A stretch of 64,000 bases of DNA from a virus (IMGVR_UViG_3300028833_000058), one strand, 5' to 3'; shown: positions 10,244-20,823, counted from the first letter of the stretch. A program made the numbers and translations. Notes: generated by a model not told the origin, from the letters alone.

Positions 10244-10584
10244 GAATTGATGATATATTAGATGAAACAATTGAACTCATCATTGCTAACATGAATGGTG
10301 GTAACTTTAAAGACATCGGTGCGTTAAGAAAGTCTGAATACCAACATTCTAAGGGTGAGGATGATGCTTTTTTACGTAGTGATATGTATAAAGGGTGTAT
10401 GTGGGAAAAGACAAAAAATGTTAAAAAGGCTTATGCCAAACGAAAGAATAAAACTGCTAAGAATAATGAATCTGTTAAGAGAGCTAGTGAAAAACGTGCA
10501 GAGTGGTATAAAGACCCTAAAAATAGAGCTAAGTTCAAAAAGAAGATTAAACAGCGTGATAAAAACAAACGTGAATCTAACTAA
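10240..10584 (+). CDS. hypothetical basic protein
   Basis: ATGA-coupled ORF, Lys/Arg-rich. Confidence 0.6.
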   Translation: MRIDDILDETIELIIANMNGGNFKDIGALRKSEYQHSKGEDDAFLRSDMYKGCMWEKTKNVKKAYAKRKNKTAKNNESVKRASEKRAEWYKDPKNRAKFKKKIKQRDKNKRESN

Positions 10585-10971
10585 CTATTCTTTATAATCT
10601 TTTCCATACATTAGTACTTTTGTAGGTGAGAACTTTTCGGCTACGTTCATAAGTGTCCAACGATAGAAGGTTGGATACTCTTTTTCTATCTTGTGTAATT
10701 CTTCTTTATGGTTTTCCATAAACGTTTTTGCTTCACGTTGTGTCCTAAAACAAAGACCAGAATAGAGCTGTTTCTTACTTTGTATGTACGAAGCATCGTT
10801 TTTTCTTGATATACCTGTATCAAAAGGTTTCCATTTGTAACTTCCATGTTTTAAGTACACTGATTTTGTACTTAAATCTAAATCAACAAATGCTTCTCTT
10901 GGAGCCACGTTTCTCTTATATCTTGTTTCGTTGTTACCTGCTGTTGAAAGTTTTATTTTTATCTGTTTCAT
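10585..10971 (-). CDS. hypothetical protein
   Basis: 128-aa ORF downstream of a promoter-like motif near 11050. Confidence 0.6.
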   Translation of the reverse strand: MKQIKIKLSTAGNNETRYKRNVAPREAFVDLDLSTKSVYLKHGSYKWKPFDTGISRKNDASYIQSKKQLYSGLCFRTQREAKTFMENHKEELHKIEKEYPTFYRWTLMNVAEKFSPTKVLMYGKDYKE

Positions 10972-11062
10972 AAAATATAATAACCCTAATCAATCGTTGA
11001 AACTCTCCTTTCGATTTCATAGAGTTATTATATGCGACTCGGACGAATCTGTAAAGTCAATT

Positions 11063-11698
11063 TTAAGATTGTTTGCAAGTAATTGTGAACTTATCCCCAA
11101 GATTTATTACAATTTCTGTATCCGATAAAGATTTGATACTAGGTTTTAATTCACTGTTGACGATTTCTTGTTTAATAATGTTACCTTCTAGCAATGCTTT
11201 TAGATTGTCTCTTGAAATATCCCAAACCCATGTATCAGATTTAATACCATATACAATTTTATCTGTTAAAGCATCTTTACGATATTTTATCACAATGTGA
11301 GGTGGTATTACATCGTTTCCGTCCATTGCTTTAGCAAAGGTAATTTCATTTGAAAGGTCTTTGTGTACAACCCAATCTAATTTAGTTTTATCCAAAAATT
11401 TGTTTAAATCAGATGATACCTCAGCACATAACTGGTCACATTCTAGCTTTAAATTTATATATTTAGCTATTGCATAAGGATTGTCCATGACTTCTTTGAA
11501 TTGTGGTAATACTTGCATGTCATGTTTTTCACACAACTTTTCTACAATCTCTGGTTCAATGTAATCAAAGGTTCTATATTCTTTTCCTCCTGATACCTCT
11601 TTTAAAGCTTCCTTTACTTCGTCTATATCTTTTTTAAGTTCAGCATCAATCGCTTTCTCCAATTCAATTTGTGTTTCTGCACTCAATTCTTCTCTCAT
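11063..11698 (-). CDS. hypothetical protein
   Basis: 211-aa ORF with GGGAG RBS. Confidence 0.7.
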   Translation of the reverse strand: MREELSAETQIELEKAIDAELKKDIDEVKEALKEVSGGKEYRTFDYIEPEIVEKLCEKHDMQVLPQFKEVMDNPYAIAKYINLKLECDQLCAEVSSDLNKFLDKTKLDWVVHKDLSNEITFAKAMDGNDVIPPHIVIKYRKDALTDKIVYGIKSDTWVWDISRDNLKALLEGNIIKQEIVNSELKPSIKSLSDTEIVINLGDKFTITCKQS

Positions 11699-11896
11699 TA
11701 TTTTTCTCCCTTGTAAAATTGATAGTTGTAATTATGTTATCACCTTTCCCTAGAATTGGCACTAATGAAGTTATTTGTTCGTTGTCTACAGTCTCATCAA
11801 AAGAAATTGTAGATAACTTTTCATCACCTTCAGAAATGTTTAATATCCATTTACCTTTTACCTTACAAAAATCGAAATTTACCATATGTGCTCCTT

Positions 11897-12904
11897 TCAA
11901 ATCTCATTGGTATCGACTATTAAATTTGGGTTAAATTGTCTTTCATTAAACGGTTCGTTGTACTTAAAATAACCGCATGGATTTGTTATATATCTAATAT
12001 CTCTCTTTCCAAAAGTAAAGTCATTCCTACTATGTACATGCCCAGATGTAACAAGTTTAACATTTGGTAATTGTTCATCTACCCATTCCTCAAGGTCAGA
12101 TACAAAACTTGCGTTCATCAGCTTCTTTTTATATTTTTCAGATACACATTGTGGAGATAAACAGTGATGTGTCATGAGTATAATGTTAGCGTTCGGATTT
12201 ATAGTTATTATCTCATCGTGGCATCTCTTCACTTCTCTTTTAGCCTTTCTATGTAACTTCAAATAGTATCTAGGTGATAAAGGTTTTCTTTTAGATTCAT
12301 TACCCCATTGAAAATCATTTAATCTACTAATGGCTTCTGCCATAGTTTCTTCTCGTATTGTTTTCTTCGTTAATTTTGTAATAGGAGTATATTTACTCGG
12401 AAGTCCATATACAGAATACCATAAATCCCATGCTTTAAGTATATCGTTAAGTTCATCTAACGTTAAGTCACAATAGGTGTAATCGGTATAAAAAGTACTA
12501 CCGATTATAGCAGTATTTTCGTCAATCCACATCCAATCGTTTTCAAGATAATTCCAGAGTAAGTGAGTTTTTGGAAACTTTTCTTTTAGTTCTTGCTTCA
12601 ATTCTGAAAGTATTGGTTTACTTCCATCATCGTTTTCGAAATATTGTAAATGATTTCCGTCTATGAATATTACTTTTTGATTAGGAAAGAAGCTTTCGAA
12701 GAACTCTTTGTGGTCATCGATTCCAGCAGCAATGTCACCAGCTATCAATGTAATATCAACTGGTTCTTGGAAATCTTTACCAAAGTTTTTCCATAAGTCA
12801 GAAGTTTTATAAGTACCATCCCAATCTGGTCCGTTTATTCCTTTTGTATAATGTAAATCACTAATTAGACGTAATTTAGTCATTGACTTTTTCCTCATTG
12901 TCAA
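11897..12904 (-). CDS. metallophosphoesterase (probable RNA end-healing phosphatase)
   Basis: SDLH, AGDI, GNH, THH, SGHVH; coupled to RNA ligase; true start may be the MTKLRL Met. Confidence 0.85.
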   Translation of the reverse strand: MTMRKKSMTKLRLISDLHYTKGINGPDWDGTYKTSDLWKNFGKDFQEPVDITLIAGDIAAGIDDHKEFFESFFPNQKVIFIDGNHLQYFENDDGSKPILSELKQELKEKFPKTHLLWNYLENDWMWIDENTAIIGSTFYTDYTYCDLTLDELNDILKAWDLWYSVYGLPSKYTPITKLTKKTIREETMAEAISRLNDFQWGNESKRKPLSPRYYLKLHRKAKREVKRCHDEIITINPNANIILMTHHCLSPQCVSEKYKKKLMNASFVSDLEEWVDEQLPNVKLVTSGHVHSRNDFTFGKRDIRYITNPCGYFKYNEPFNERQFNPNLIVDTNEI

Positions 12905-14120
12905 TGATGTTTAACATATTTTTATATTTAACATTATCTAAATATCTATCGTAATTAGGAGTTTCTTTAATACCTTCGAAGACAGCAAAATATGTCAAAG
13001 GATAATTTTCTTTAACCCAATTAGCGAAGACTTGTTTAGCTAATTTTTCTGAACCTTGTTCTGTTAAAATCTCTTTATATTTATCTTCTCCAATCTTACC
13101 ATATTTCATTAATATATTTTTATAGGTGATTAGAGTTTTTTGTATTTTCTCAATTTTTTCGTTTAATTCTGGAAAAACTTGTAAGGCATCGTCAATAGTT
13201 CCGTTACGTATACCATCTAAAATTTTCTCATCTGTGGTTTCAAGCATATTGCGATAACCTTTTAGTCTGATATAATCTTCACACTTAATTTTTACACGAT
13301 TAAAGTTATCATCGACAATGACTACACCTTCATCTTTATCACCTTTATAAGTATTGCACAATTTTATCACATCATCTAAAGTATGTATATCAAAATACTT
13401 AACTGTATTAAATTTTTTAATCCCTGGTATTATTGCTTTAGCTATGTTAAGTGGATACTCATTGTAACTGTAAATGTTTCTACAACCTAAATAAATCAAA
13501 TCTGTTTTTGGATTATCTACTAATATACGTATCTTAGGTGAAATCAACTCAAACATATAAGTATAGTCTGGAGCAAATTCACTTAATGACACTTTGTTTT
13601 TAGATAAGCAATAGTTTATTAAATCTTGAATGGTATTACAATCGTTCGTTTCTTTTTCTTTGTATTTAGACGGAAGTTGAGATATAAGTTTATAGCTTAA
13701 ATTTGTTTCCCAACCGTTATTCGTAATCCAATGCCAATCGTCATTGTAATAGAATAACTTTATTAGTATTCCATCTACTTTTTGTTCAACTAAAGCTGAA
13801 TTCCAATCGATTTCTGGACAGAAGTCTTGACCTTGATTACCAAACTTTGTAAAAGGTGCTACTACCATACACGGATTCTTTGGGTCTTTTAAGGAAACGA
13901 CACAACCTCTGCATAATCTTACGTAAGGGTCGTTGAAATCACTGAATATACCGCTGTAAGAAAACATGTATAATTCTGGATATCTTAGTGTACCATCTTC
14001 ATTTTTCCATGGACATTGTTTTATTGTAATGAATCTTGGTTCAGCTTCTAAAAACTCTTTCCAATTTTCATTTTCTTTTATCAGTATCAAAAGTGGTCCA
14101 TACAAAGGCATATAACTCAT
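12876..14120 (-). CDS. RNA ligase (T4 Rnl1-like)
   Basis: CRG, PFTKF, motif I EQKVDG, FELISP, EGVV, VKIK. Confidence 0.9.
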   Translation of the reverse strand: MSYMPLYGPLLILIKENENWKEFLEAEPRFITIKQCPWKNEDGTLRYPELYMFSYSGIFSDFNDPYVRLCRGCVVSLKDPKNPCMVVAPFTKFGNQGQDFCPEIDWNSALVEQKVDGILIKLFYYNDDWHWITNNGWETNLSYKLISQLPSKYKEKETNDCNTIQDLINYCLSKNKVSLSEFAPDYTYMFELISPKIRILVDNPKTDLIYLGCRNIYSYNEYPLNIAKAIIPGIKKFNTVKYFDIHTLDDVIKLCNTYKGDKDEGVVIVDDNFNRVKIKCEDYIRLKGYRNMLETTDEKILDGIRNGTIDDALQVFPELNEKIEKIQKTLITYKNILMKYGKIGEDKYKEILTEQGSEKLAKQVFANWVKENYPLTYFAVFEGIKETPNYDRYLDNVKYKNMLNIIDNEEKVND

Positions 14121-14626
14121 TTAATTTCTCCAAAATCTTTATGTGAAACAATCATGTCTTCAAATTCAAGTAACTTTGTCTCTTTTATTCTGCTATACAT
14201 GTTCTTTATGACATCTTCTGGGACAAATCTACCACCATTTTCTCCACGTTTAATGTTGTTTCTTAAACAATCTTCCAAAAGCATATCGGAGAAATCTACA
14301 ATAGTAAAGTTAATTGTTGGGTTTATACCATTCATAATTCTATATTCTTTTAGAATTGATTTTCTGGATATAAAAGTAGCATCAATTACAGTTATCTTAT
14401 TGTTTTCTAATGATTTTTTCAATCTTTCGTGAACTATCTTCCATATTTTACATTCGAAAGTATTTCCCCACTCTTCTTTCTTTGACTTAAATTCATCCCT
14501 TATGTCATCTGGACAAATTACACACGTGTTAGAATCAGAAAAATGTTTAGCCACAAATGTACTTTTACCACAACCAGGTATTCCATGTGTTAAAACTAAA
14601 TGTCTTTTTTCATCATTAAATGTCAT
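14117..14626 (-). CDS. polynucleotide kinase (AAA_33 P-loop kinase)
   Basis: GIPGCGKST, CPDDIR, IDAT, RxVPEDVI. Confidence 0.88.
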   Translation of the reverse strand: MTFNDEKRHLVLTHGIPGCGKSTFVAKHFSDSNTCVICPDDIRDEFKSKKEEWGNTFECKIWKIVHERLKKSLENNKITVIDATFISRKSILKEYRIMNGINPTINFTIVDFSDMLLEDCLRNNIKRGENGGRFVPEDVIKNMYSRIKETKLLEFEDMIVSHKDFGEIK

Positions 14627-15311
14627 TGTCTTTTCTATATATTAAAAACTCTATTGGATACTTACGTAAGAGTTCTTTGTTGTAATCCACATCTTTCTTT
14701 TTAGAATGTTCCCAATGAGAAACTAAGTTCTTTAATCTTTTATAAGTTATATGTTTCATTAAATATGGGTCTAAATTGTTTTCTGGACTGTTTATAAAAT
14801 CGATTATCTTTTGCTTCCACAACTCGAACTTTGGTTGAGTAGATGTTTTGACAGTCATTATATACCAATCATGATTAGTATAATCTGTTATCTGTTTGAG
14901 TTCTTCTGCCGTTCGTATTTTATTTAACCTTTCTATCTTTTCTTTTCGCCAAAGTAGTATCTTTTTATTAAACTTCTTTAAGATACTCGGTTCTTTGTTA
15001 CCATCTATGACTTCAGAAATAACTCTGTTCAAGAGTAACTTCTTTTTGTTTGGCTTATTCCCACTGGTATAAAACAAATCATGATTTCCGTCATAATAAG
15101 TAAACTGATGACGTATATAGTTTATTTTTTCTTTTGTGTCCATTTCAGCTGATTTATCGTTTAAAATGTCGTATATACTACGTTTGCCAATTTTAGTTAC
15201 CTTCTTTTTGGCCATAATCTTTCTATATGTTATGTTACGTATACTACTCATTTTATACCAATCAGAGAAATTCGTCTTGTCTACCTTCCATGGCTCTATT
15301 CCAATTTTCAA
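14616..15311 (-). CDS. hypothetical protein
   Basis: Long ORF in operon; start uncertain. Confidence 0.6.
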   Translation of the reverse strand: MKIGIEPWKVDKTNFSDWYKMSSIRNITYRKIMAKKKVTKIGKRSIYDILNDKSAEMDTKEKINYIRHQFTYYDGNHDLFYTSGNKPNKKKLLLNRVISEVIDGNKEPSILKKFNKKILLWRKEKIERLNKIRTAEELKQITDYTNHDWYIMTVKTSTQPKFELWKQKIIDFINSPENNLDPYLMKHITYKRLKNLVSHWEHSKKKDVDYNKELLRKYPIEFLIYRKDNDI

Positions 15312-15534
15312 TACTTCTTTTTATACTTACACCTAAATACTCATACTTATCTGAACCATGACATTTTGGGTTAGGACATTGTGCATAATACAACCCCTCT
15401 ACCTCAACTACTTTTGGGTATACTATCTGTTTAGATTTCTTTTTACAATGCTTGCAAGGAGCAGCACCTCTTTCGTCATACTCAATTAAACTTACATTCC
15501 TTTTCAAAGTTCTTTCATTACCTCTTTTGAACAT
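15262..15534 (-). CDS. zinc-ribbon protein
   Basis: PCxxC...CxxxxC, ending WN. Confidence 0.55.
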   Translation of the reverse strand: MFKRGNERTLKRNVSLIEYDERGAAPCKHCKKKSKQIVYPKVVEVEGLYYAQCPNPKCHGSDKYEYLGVSIKRSIENWNRAMEGRQDEFL

Positions 15535-15548
15535 GTAAATTCCTTTCT

Positions 15549-15872
15549 TTATAATTTGTTTTCTAATAACAACATGAATAAGACCATTTTGTTATATTTT
15601 AAAGTCATAATCTGTGTTTTAGTCTTTTTAGATACAATGTATATTGTGCCATCCTCTTCTAAAACAACATTAGTAGTTCCGTTTATAGATTTGAAGACAA
15701 AATCTTTTTCTGTAGACTTAATACTTTTATAACCAAGACCCTTTGCACATTTTACAACATCATCCCAATTTCTAACTATCTCTTTGTCTACTCCACAGGT
15801 AGTTATTCTAGGGACTTCAAACCATTGTTCTTCAATGGCAGTCGGTTTTAACAAAATGTCATATTTACTCAT
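15549..15872 (-). CDS. hypothetical protein
   Basis: Coupled ORF. Confidence 0.6.
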   Translation of the reverse strand: MSKYDILLKPTAIEEQWFEVPRITTCGVDKEIVRNWDDVVKCAKGLGYKSIKSTEKDFVFKSINGTTNVVLEEDGTIYIVSKKTKTQIMTLKYNKMVLFMLLLENKL

Positions 15873-16242
15873 ATTTCATTCCACTTTCAAGTATCATTGG
15901 TGCTTCGCTGTCTTCAAAAATCACTTGTAATATAGCTTGACGTATCATTCCGCAATCTTTCAAAACTCTATTCCACCAATTAACAATTTCATCTTGATTT
16001 TCTTTTCCAAAATCACGTAAATCACCAAATATTACCACAGTGTAAGCTGACATAGCATCTGGATTCGGATTTCTTATGATTCTGTAATCCAAACTACCTT
16101 CAGAACCTAATGGCATATTACAATCACCTTCGTCTTCTTCGTCCCAAAGTTTTTTAACGAAGATTTTTTTAAAATTCGGTTGCTCCATGAATGGAAAACA
16201 ATCGACTCTGATTGTTCCAGCAACGTGTGTCCATGTACTCAT
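15865..16242 (-). CDS. hypothetical phage protein
   Basis: Coupled ORF with WTHVAG, PxGSEG, GDLRD. Confidence 0.65.
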   Translation of the reverse strand: MSTWTHVAGTIRVDCFPFMEQPNFKKIFVKKLWDEEDEGDCNMPLGSEGSLDYRIIRNPNPDAMSAYTVVIFGDLRDFGKENQDEIVNWWNRVLKDCGMIRQAILQVIFEDSEAPMILESGMKYE

Positions 16243-16244
16243 AT

Positions 16245-16553
16245 TTATCCTTTCAAAAGTTTCTCTAACTCTTTAGCATAACTTTTTATTAAATTCAAGT
16301 CTCTTTCTGTCTGAATTGCTTTTGCTAATGATAAAAGTTTCTTATCTTTTTCTCTCTTTTTCATTAGATTCTTGACATTTTCAAGACGTTTTTTATGAAT
16401 TTTTTGCGCATCAACTTTTTTATCATTAAAAATAGAAAAGGTGTTAGCTTCTTTGTCCATATTGTGAATCAAATTGTTTTCATTACCTTCGAATCCAATA
16501 ATAAACTCATATTGGTCTGAAGTTAACAATGTGTCGTTTACTAGCACTAACAT
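16245..16553 (-). CDS. hypothetical protein
   Basis: ORF with AAGGAG RBS. Confidence 0.6.
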   Translation of the reverse strand: MLVLVNDTLLTSDQYEFIIGFEGNENNLIHNMDKEANTFSIFNDKKVDAQKIHKKRLENVKNLMKKREKDKKLLSLAKAIQTERDLNLIKSYAKELEKLLKG

Positions 16554-16562
16554 TTTATCTCC

Positions 16563-17723
16563 TTATTGAATTCTGTTTACTTTGTAAAAACTTCCTTGTC
16601 TGCTAAATGTCTTAATACTTTTAGCACCAATATAACTGCCACAACTACGTAAAGCACCTTTAATGTTGTTGATAGTATCTAAAATTGGGCCTGTGTACGG
16701 AACAAGTTTACTTTCTACCCCTTCTGATGTACCAGTTGTTGTTTTCTTACCATAATTTTCACATTGAGCTCGGAAAGAACTCATGCCGTAATAGTTTTTA
16801 AATTTTTTCATTTCGTATACTGGTTCTGTTTCAAGGATGTCACATACATCGTAATCATTATCAATGGGATTTAGATTTTCATCATTTTTATTACAAGTTA
16901 TGACTTCTACTTCATTGGTTTTATATACTTTTTTAATTACTTCACCAGCTGCTTCGTCACAACCAGCAAACATTGAACCAGACATACAAATATCTGCTCC
17001 TGCTACAAACGCTTTGCATAAGTCACCAGGCATTGTAAATCCACCGTCAGCAATAATCAAACCACCAACTTGATGAGCAGCATTGGCACATTCAATAACA
17101 GCAGACAATTGAGGACGACCACAACCAGTAGTATGACGTGTACGACAAACACCAGATGGTCCAATTCCAACTTTTACAATGTTTGCTCCAGCTTTAATCA
17201 ATTCTTGTGTTCTATCACCAGTACATACGTTACCAACTGCTATAATTCTATCTGGAAATTCTAAACGAACAAATTTAACAAGTTCTTCTACATCTGGAAT
17301 ATAAGCATTAGGTACATCAATTAAAATAGACCACATATGATTCTTACAATCTCTTAACTTTTGAATTTCTTCTGCTTGATTGCGTAAACCGATTGTAATG
17401 AAAAATGTAACTCCTTCCCAACCGTTATTTTTAAAATAGTTGTTAATTTCTTCCGCCGTATAAAACTTATGAATACAAGCTATCATGTGATGTAAACGTA
17501 ACTGAGTAGCTATTTCAAAAGTTCCTGTTTGTGTCATGTTAGCGTTCATGACAGGGCAACATTTGAATTCACGGATATATCCCATACCTAAATCTGGTTC
17601 AAGCTGCTTAAAATGTCTTTCTACCTCTACTTCCCCTCTGTGGTTTATAGTTGTTGTTTGTGGTACGATTAAAACATCACTATAATCAAGTTGTGTATCA
17701 TTTAAAATATGCATATCTCTCAT
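16563..17723 (-). CDS. guaC: GMP reductase
   Basis: LDYSDVLIVP, ANM, KVGIGPSGVCRTR, PQLSAVIECANAAH, IIADGG, YYGMSS, SEG; no CBS domains. Confidence 0.9.
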   Translation of the reverse strand: MRDMHILNDTQLDYSDVLIVPQTTTINHRGEVEVERHFKQLEPDLGMGYIREFKCCPVMNANMTQTGTFEIATQLRLHHMIACIHKFYTAEEINNYFKNNGWEGVTFFITIGLRNQAEEIQKLRDCKNHMWSILIDVPNAYIPDVEELVKFVRLEFPDRIIAVGNVCTGDRTQELIKAGANIVKVGIGPSGVCRTRHTTGCGRPQLSAVIECANAAHQVGGLIIADGGFTMPGDLCKAFVAGADICMSGSMFAGCDEAAGEVIKKVYKTNEVEVITCNKNDENLNPIDNDYDVCDILETEPVYEMKKFKNYYGMSSFRAQCENYGKKTTTGTSEGVESKLVPYTGPILDTINNIKGALRSCGSYIGAKSIKTFSRQGSFYKVNRIQ

Positions 17724-17920
17724 CCCTTAAAATAGTTTCAACTTTGTCTTTGAGTAAAATGTCTTTAGAATAAGCTCTTTTGTTAATAGCAATTAACATA
17801 CGTAACATTCTTCTCACCCTTTGTTTATCCCATGTGTTAGGATATATTTCTATCAAATCGTTTATAAGTTGATAGAAATAAGAATAATATAGATGGTCTA
17901 AATATTTATTTTTTAGCCAC

Positions 17921-18283
17921 TTAAACATTCATCTTCTCTCTATGTTCATCAATCATTTTACAAACTTTTTCTAACTTCATAAGATATTTTTCGTCCAAAT
18001 CTATCTGGCCATTGTTATACATCTCTAAATCTTTCTTCCACGTATCAATCATACCGTCATCAATGAGGTCAATTAACTCAATCATATTCTTTTGTATTTC
18101 TTCTGACCCATTGAAAAGATAAAAGTGACAATGATTTAGAGCGGCAACCCACTTGGCATCACAATATGACCAATCTTTTTCTAAAGCTAAACCAAAAAAG
18201 TTAAGAAAGTGTCTAAACCACTTACCTAATTTAGACCAATCGTAGTTGTAATTGTATTCCTCGTTAAAATTATCGTGTTTCAT
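17921..18283 (-). CDS. hypothetical protein
   Basis: ORF with AGGAG RBS. Confidence 0.6.
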   Translation of the reverse strand: MKHDNFNEEYNYNYDWSKLGKWFRHFLNFFGLALEKDWSYCDAKWVAALNHCHFYLFNGSEEIQKNMIELIDLIDDGMIDTWKKDLEMYNNGQIDLDEKYLMKLEKVCKMIDEHREKMNV

Positions 18284-18534
18284 TTATTAACTCCTTTTGT
18301 TTTAGAATAATCCTTTGCTTACGATAATCATCACGTACTTTTTCTAAAACTTTTTTCTTTTCCTCATTGTCTTGATTATAAAAATCATTCAACTGTTGAG
18401 CTTCATGCTCATCTTCGATATATTGTTGTATCTTCAAGTGATTTATCATAGTTACTCCTGAATGAAACGTGACTGATTAAACTGAAATAAATATACATTT
18501 CAGTTACAGATAAGTAAAGACAATTTTTAGTTAT

Positions 18535-18785
18535 TTACCAGAAATAATATTTGTTTAAAGTTTCTAAATCTTCTTTTGTAACTTTGTAATTGGAATCATT
18601 ACAAATCACAGCGTCTACACCACAATATGGACATACAGCCGTTTTTCTTTTGTCTGTCCATTCTTTAACATTTTCTGGTGGGAAAGTACGTTTACAGTAA
18701 AAACAACCACACAAGTCAGTTTTTTCTATCTTTTCTTTATTGTAGATAGCACATTTGTGTAATTTTACTACTCTTTTTGATTCAT
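18535..18785 (-). pseudogene. frameshifted CGCFYC...CPxCG zinc-finger protein gene
   Basis: ATG AAT CAA AAA GAG TAG, then the -1 frame reads RVVKLHKCAIYNKKKIEKTDLCGCFYC...TAVCPYCGVDAVI to a stop; not in the ORF track. Confidence 0.65.
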
Positions 18786-19105
18786 GGTAGTTTTTTTTGT
18801 TTTATTAAAGAAAAAGTTGGTCTTTTTAACCCAGGCAGGAGAAGAACCAACAGAAACTCCATAGAAGGTAACATTAACCTAGTTACCACGGTTTATCATT
18901 CCAGGGCTCTTTCTTGCAGAGCAGCAGATAGTTTCTTTTATGTTCTAGAACTAACAAATACAGTTACACAACGTCTAACTAACGGATGGGTTGTGATAAA
19001 TAGTTATCCCATCAACTATTGGAACTAACAATGAATAAAAAATGATAATTAAGAGATTTTTTATTCGTCTTGTATATTACACAATAATTTTAAAAAGTAA
19101 AGACA

Positions 19106-19300
19106 TTATTTCTTTTTCTTTTTATTATCCACAACAACAGGAACTTCTTTCTTAGGTTCTCTGACGTTGCACTTTGGGGCCTTACCAACATCTTCTGATA
19201 AGTTCTTGATGATAGGACTTAATTTGAGATGTTTAGCCCATTTCTTTTTGAACATCATCTCTTCGAATGATTTCTTCTTCTGTTCAATGTCCATTAACAA
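19106..19300 (-). CDS. hypothetical basic protein
   Basis: TTG start after GAAGGAG. Confidence 0.5.
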   Translation of the reverse strand: MLMDIEQKKKSFEEMMFKKKWAKHLKLSPIIKNLSEDVGKAPKCNVREPKKEVPVVVDNKKKKK

Positions 19301-19415
19301 TCTCCTTCTTTGTTGTTATAAGTGTATATAATAGAACAATAAAAAGTTGGACATTTGTAAAGTTTTTGTAGAATTTTATAAAAAAAAGCGTGTCCATAAG
19401 AACACGCTCTATTGT

Positions 19416-19949
19416 TTATCTGGTAATCTGATAGAAGTAATACCTCTTATTTCCGATTCTAACAATTCTAATCATCATAAACGGAAATTCACCTAAACCA
19501 AATAAAGCTTCATATCTTTTGTACTTTGGTTTAGTAAGAGTAAGACCTAAATCTTCTTTTACGTCATTTTCAACTTCTTGAAGTAAATATTCGCATACTT
19601 CATTTGAGCAAAATTCAACATCTTTTTTACAACACAACGGTTGTTCGTGTACCATACCTCTTTCTAAATAATCTTTAAAGTATTCTTTAACGTCAGTTTT
19701 CAATTCTTCATATTCTAAAGCTTGATTTTGATAAGTAATATGTCTTCCTTTATCATCAAAAATGCCATAAGCTCTAATATTGAATAAAGAATCTGTTAAA
19801 CTTTCATCATCTTGTTTCAACATAGACAAGTAATGTTTAACAATCTCAAAACATTTATCAGCAAAATCACGTTTACAATCATTAGTGATATCATCAATAG
19901 AGTTATCACCGAGTTCACGAAAATTGTGGACAGTTTCTTTTTTTAACAT
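19416..19949 (-). CDS. hypothetical protein
   Basis: 177-aa ORF with AAGGA RBS and downstream terminator at 19381-19410. Confidence 0.7.
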   Translation of the reverse strand: MLKKETVHNFRELGDNSIDDITNDCKRDFADKCFEIVKHYLSMLKQDDESLTDSLFNIRAYGIFDDKGRHITYQNQALEYEELKTDVKEYFKDYLERGMVHEQPLCCKKDVEFCSNEVCEYLLQEVENDVKEDLGLTLTKPKYKRYEALFGLGEFPFMMIRIVRIGNKRYYFYQITR

Positions 19950-20103
19950 ATCTTTTTCCTTTATGGTTAATGGGTTCAGAATGGTTACTGAACATGTCTT
20001 TTACAATTCATCTAACAAGTTAGATGACAGAAATAAATTTACATCTATTTCTGTCATATTATAGAACTTATTTTATTTTATCCACAAAGAAAATTTATTA
20101 GTT

Positions 20104-20775
20104 TTAAAATTTCATCTTTCGACCTTTTTTCCAGCCTTGAGCTACAAATTGGTCTAAAAATTCTTTTTTTATACTTTTATTTTGTTTTAATTCGTCATTG
20201 TATACCCAACAATGACCATAGTTTGAATTTAAATTCCCTTTTTGACGAATTGAATTTTTTATAGCTATTTTCTTCTTTGTTTCTTCTGTTAAATGTTTTC
20301 CTTTCATTGGGTTTTCATGTGTTCTATAGTATTCTTTAAGTCCGTTTGATATTCTTTCTATGTATTCGGAATATTCTTTTTGTGTCATTGATGTCCAAAA
20401 TTTCTTATTTCCAATGATACATGGGTGATTTTTTCCATATTCAATCCAGTTGTTTTTCGCTTTTATAGATTGGATTTCATGATTGTTACAACAATAATCC
20501 CATCCACCTTCTCCACCAACTTTTATGTTATATGTATCAACTCTTTTTATAAATTCTTCATCGACAAGTTCTTTTTCTTTTTGATTCATTTCTTCTTCAC
20601 TCTTACATTCAAATAAAATTTCTTTTTTAAAATTGTTTAATCCATACTTTTTGAATGCTTCAAAAAGTATTTTTCCAGAACCCATGTATTCATCATTTAT
20701 CTTATCAGTTTTATGTTTTCCAATGTAAATTTTATTGTTTAAAACGTTTGTTATTTTATATATTAAAAAGTACAT
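20104..20775 (-). CDS. GIY-YIG homing endonuclease with NUMOD3 (SegB-like)
   Basis: IYKITN...KIYIGKH, YMGSG, YNIKVGG, NPMKGKHLTEETKKKI; start at ATG 20775 after AAGGAG; follows the tRNA array. Confidence 0.9.
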   Translation of the reverse strand: MYFLIYKITNVLNNKIYIGKHKTDKINDEYMGSGKILFEAFKKYGLNNFKKEILFECKSEEEMNQKEKELVDEEFIKRVDTYNIKVGGEGGWDYCCNNHEIQSIKAKNNWIEYGKNHPCIIGNKKFWTSMTQKEYSEYIERISNGLKEYYRTHENPMKGKHLTEETKKKIAIKNSIRQKGNLNSNYGHCWVYNDELKQNKSIKKEFLDQFVAQGWKKGRKMKF

Positions 20776-20823
20776 AACTGTCTCCTTATGTACTAGAACT
20801 TTTTTGTACACAAATTTTTGAAA

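Noticed and set aside
16563-17723. IMP dehydrogenase (guaB)
   Set aside because: ANM, PQLSAVIECANAAH and YGMSS/SEG motifs and the lack of CBS domains fit GMP reductase better
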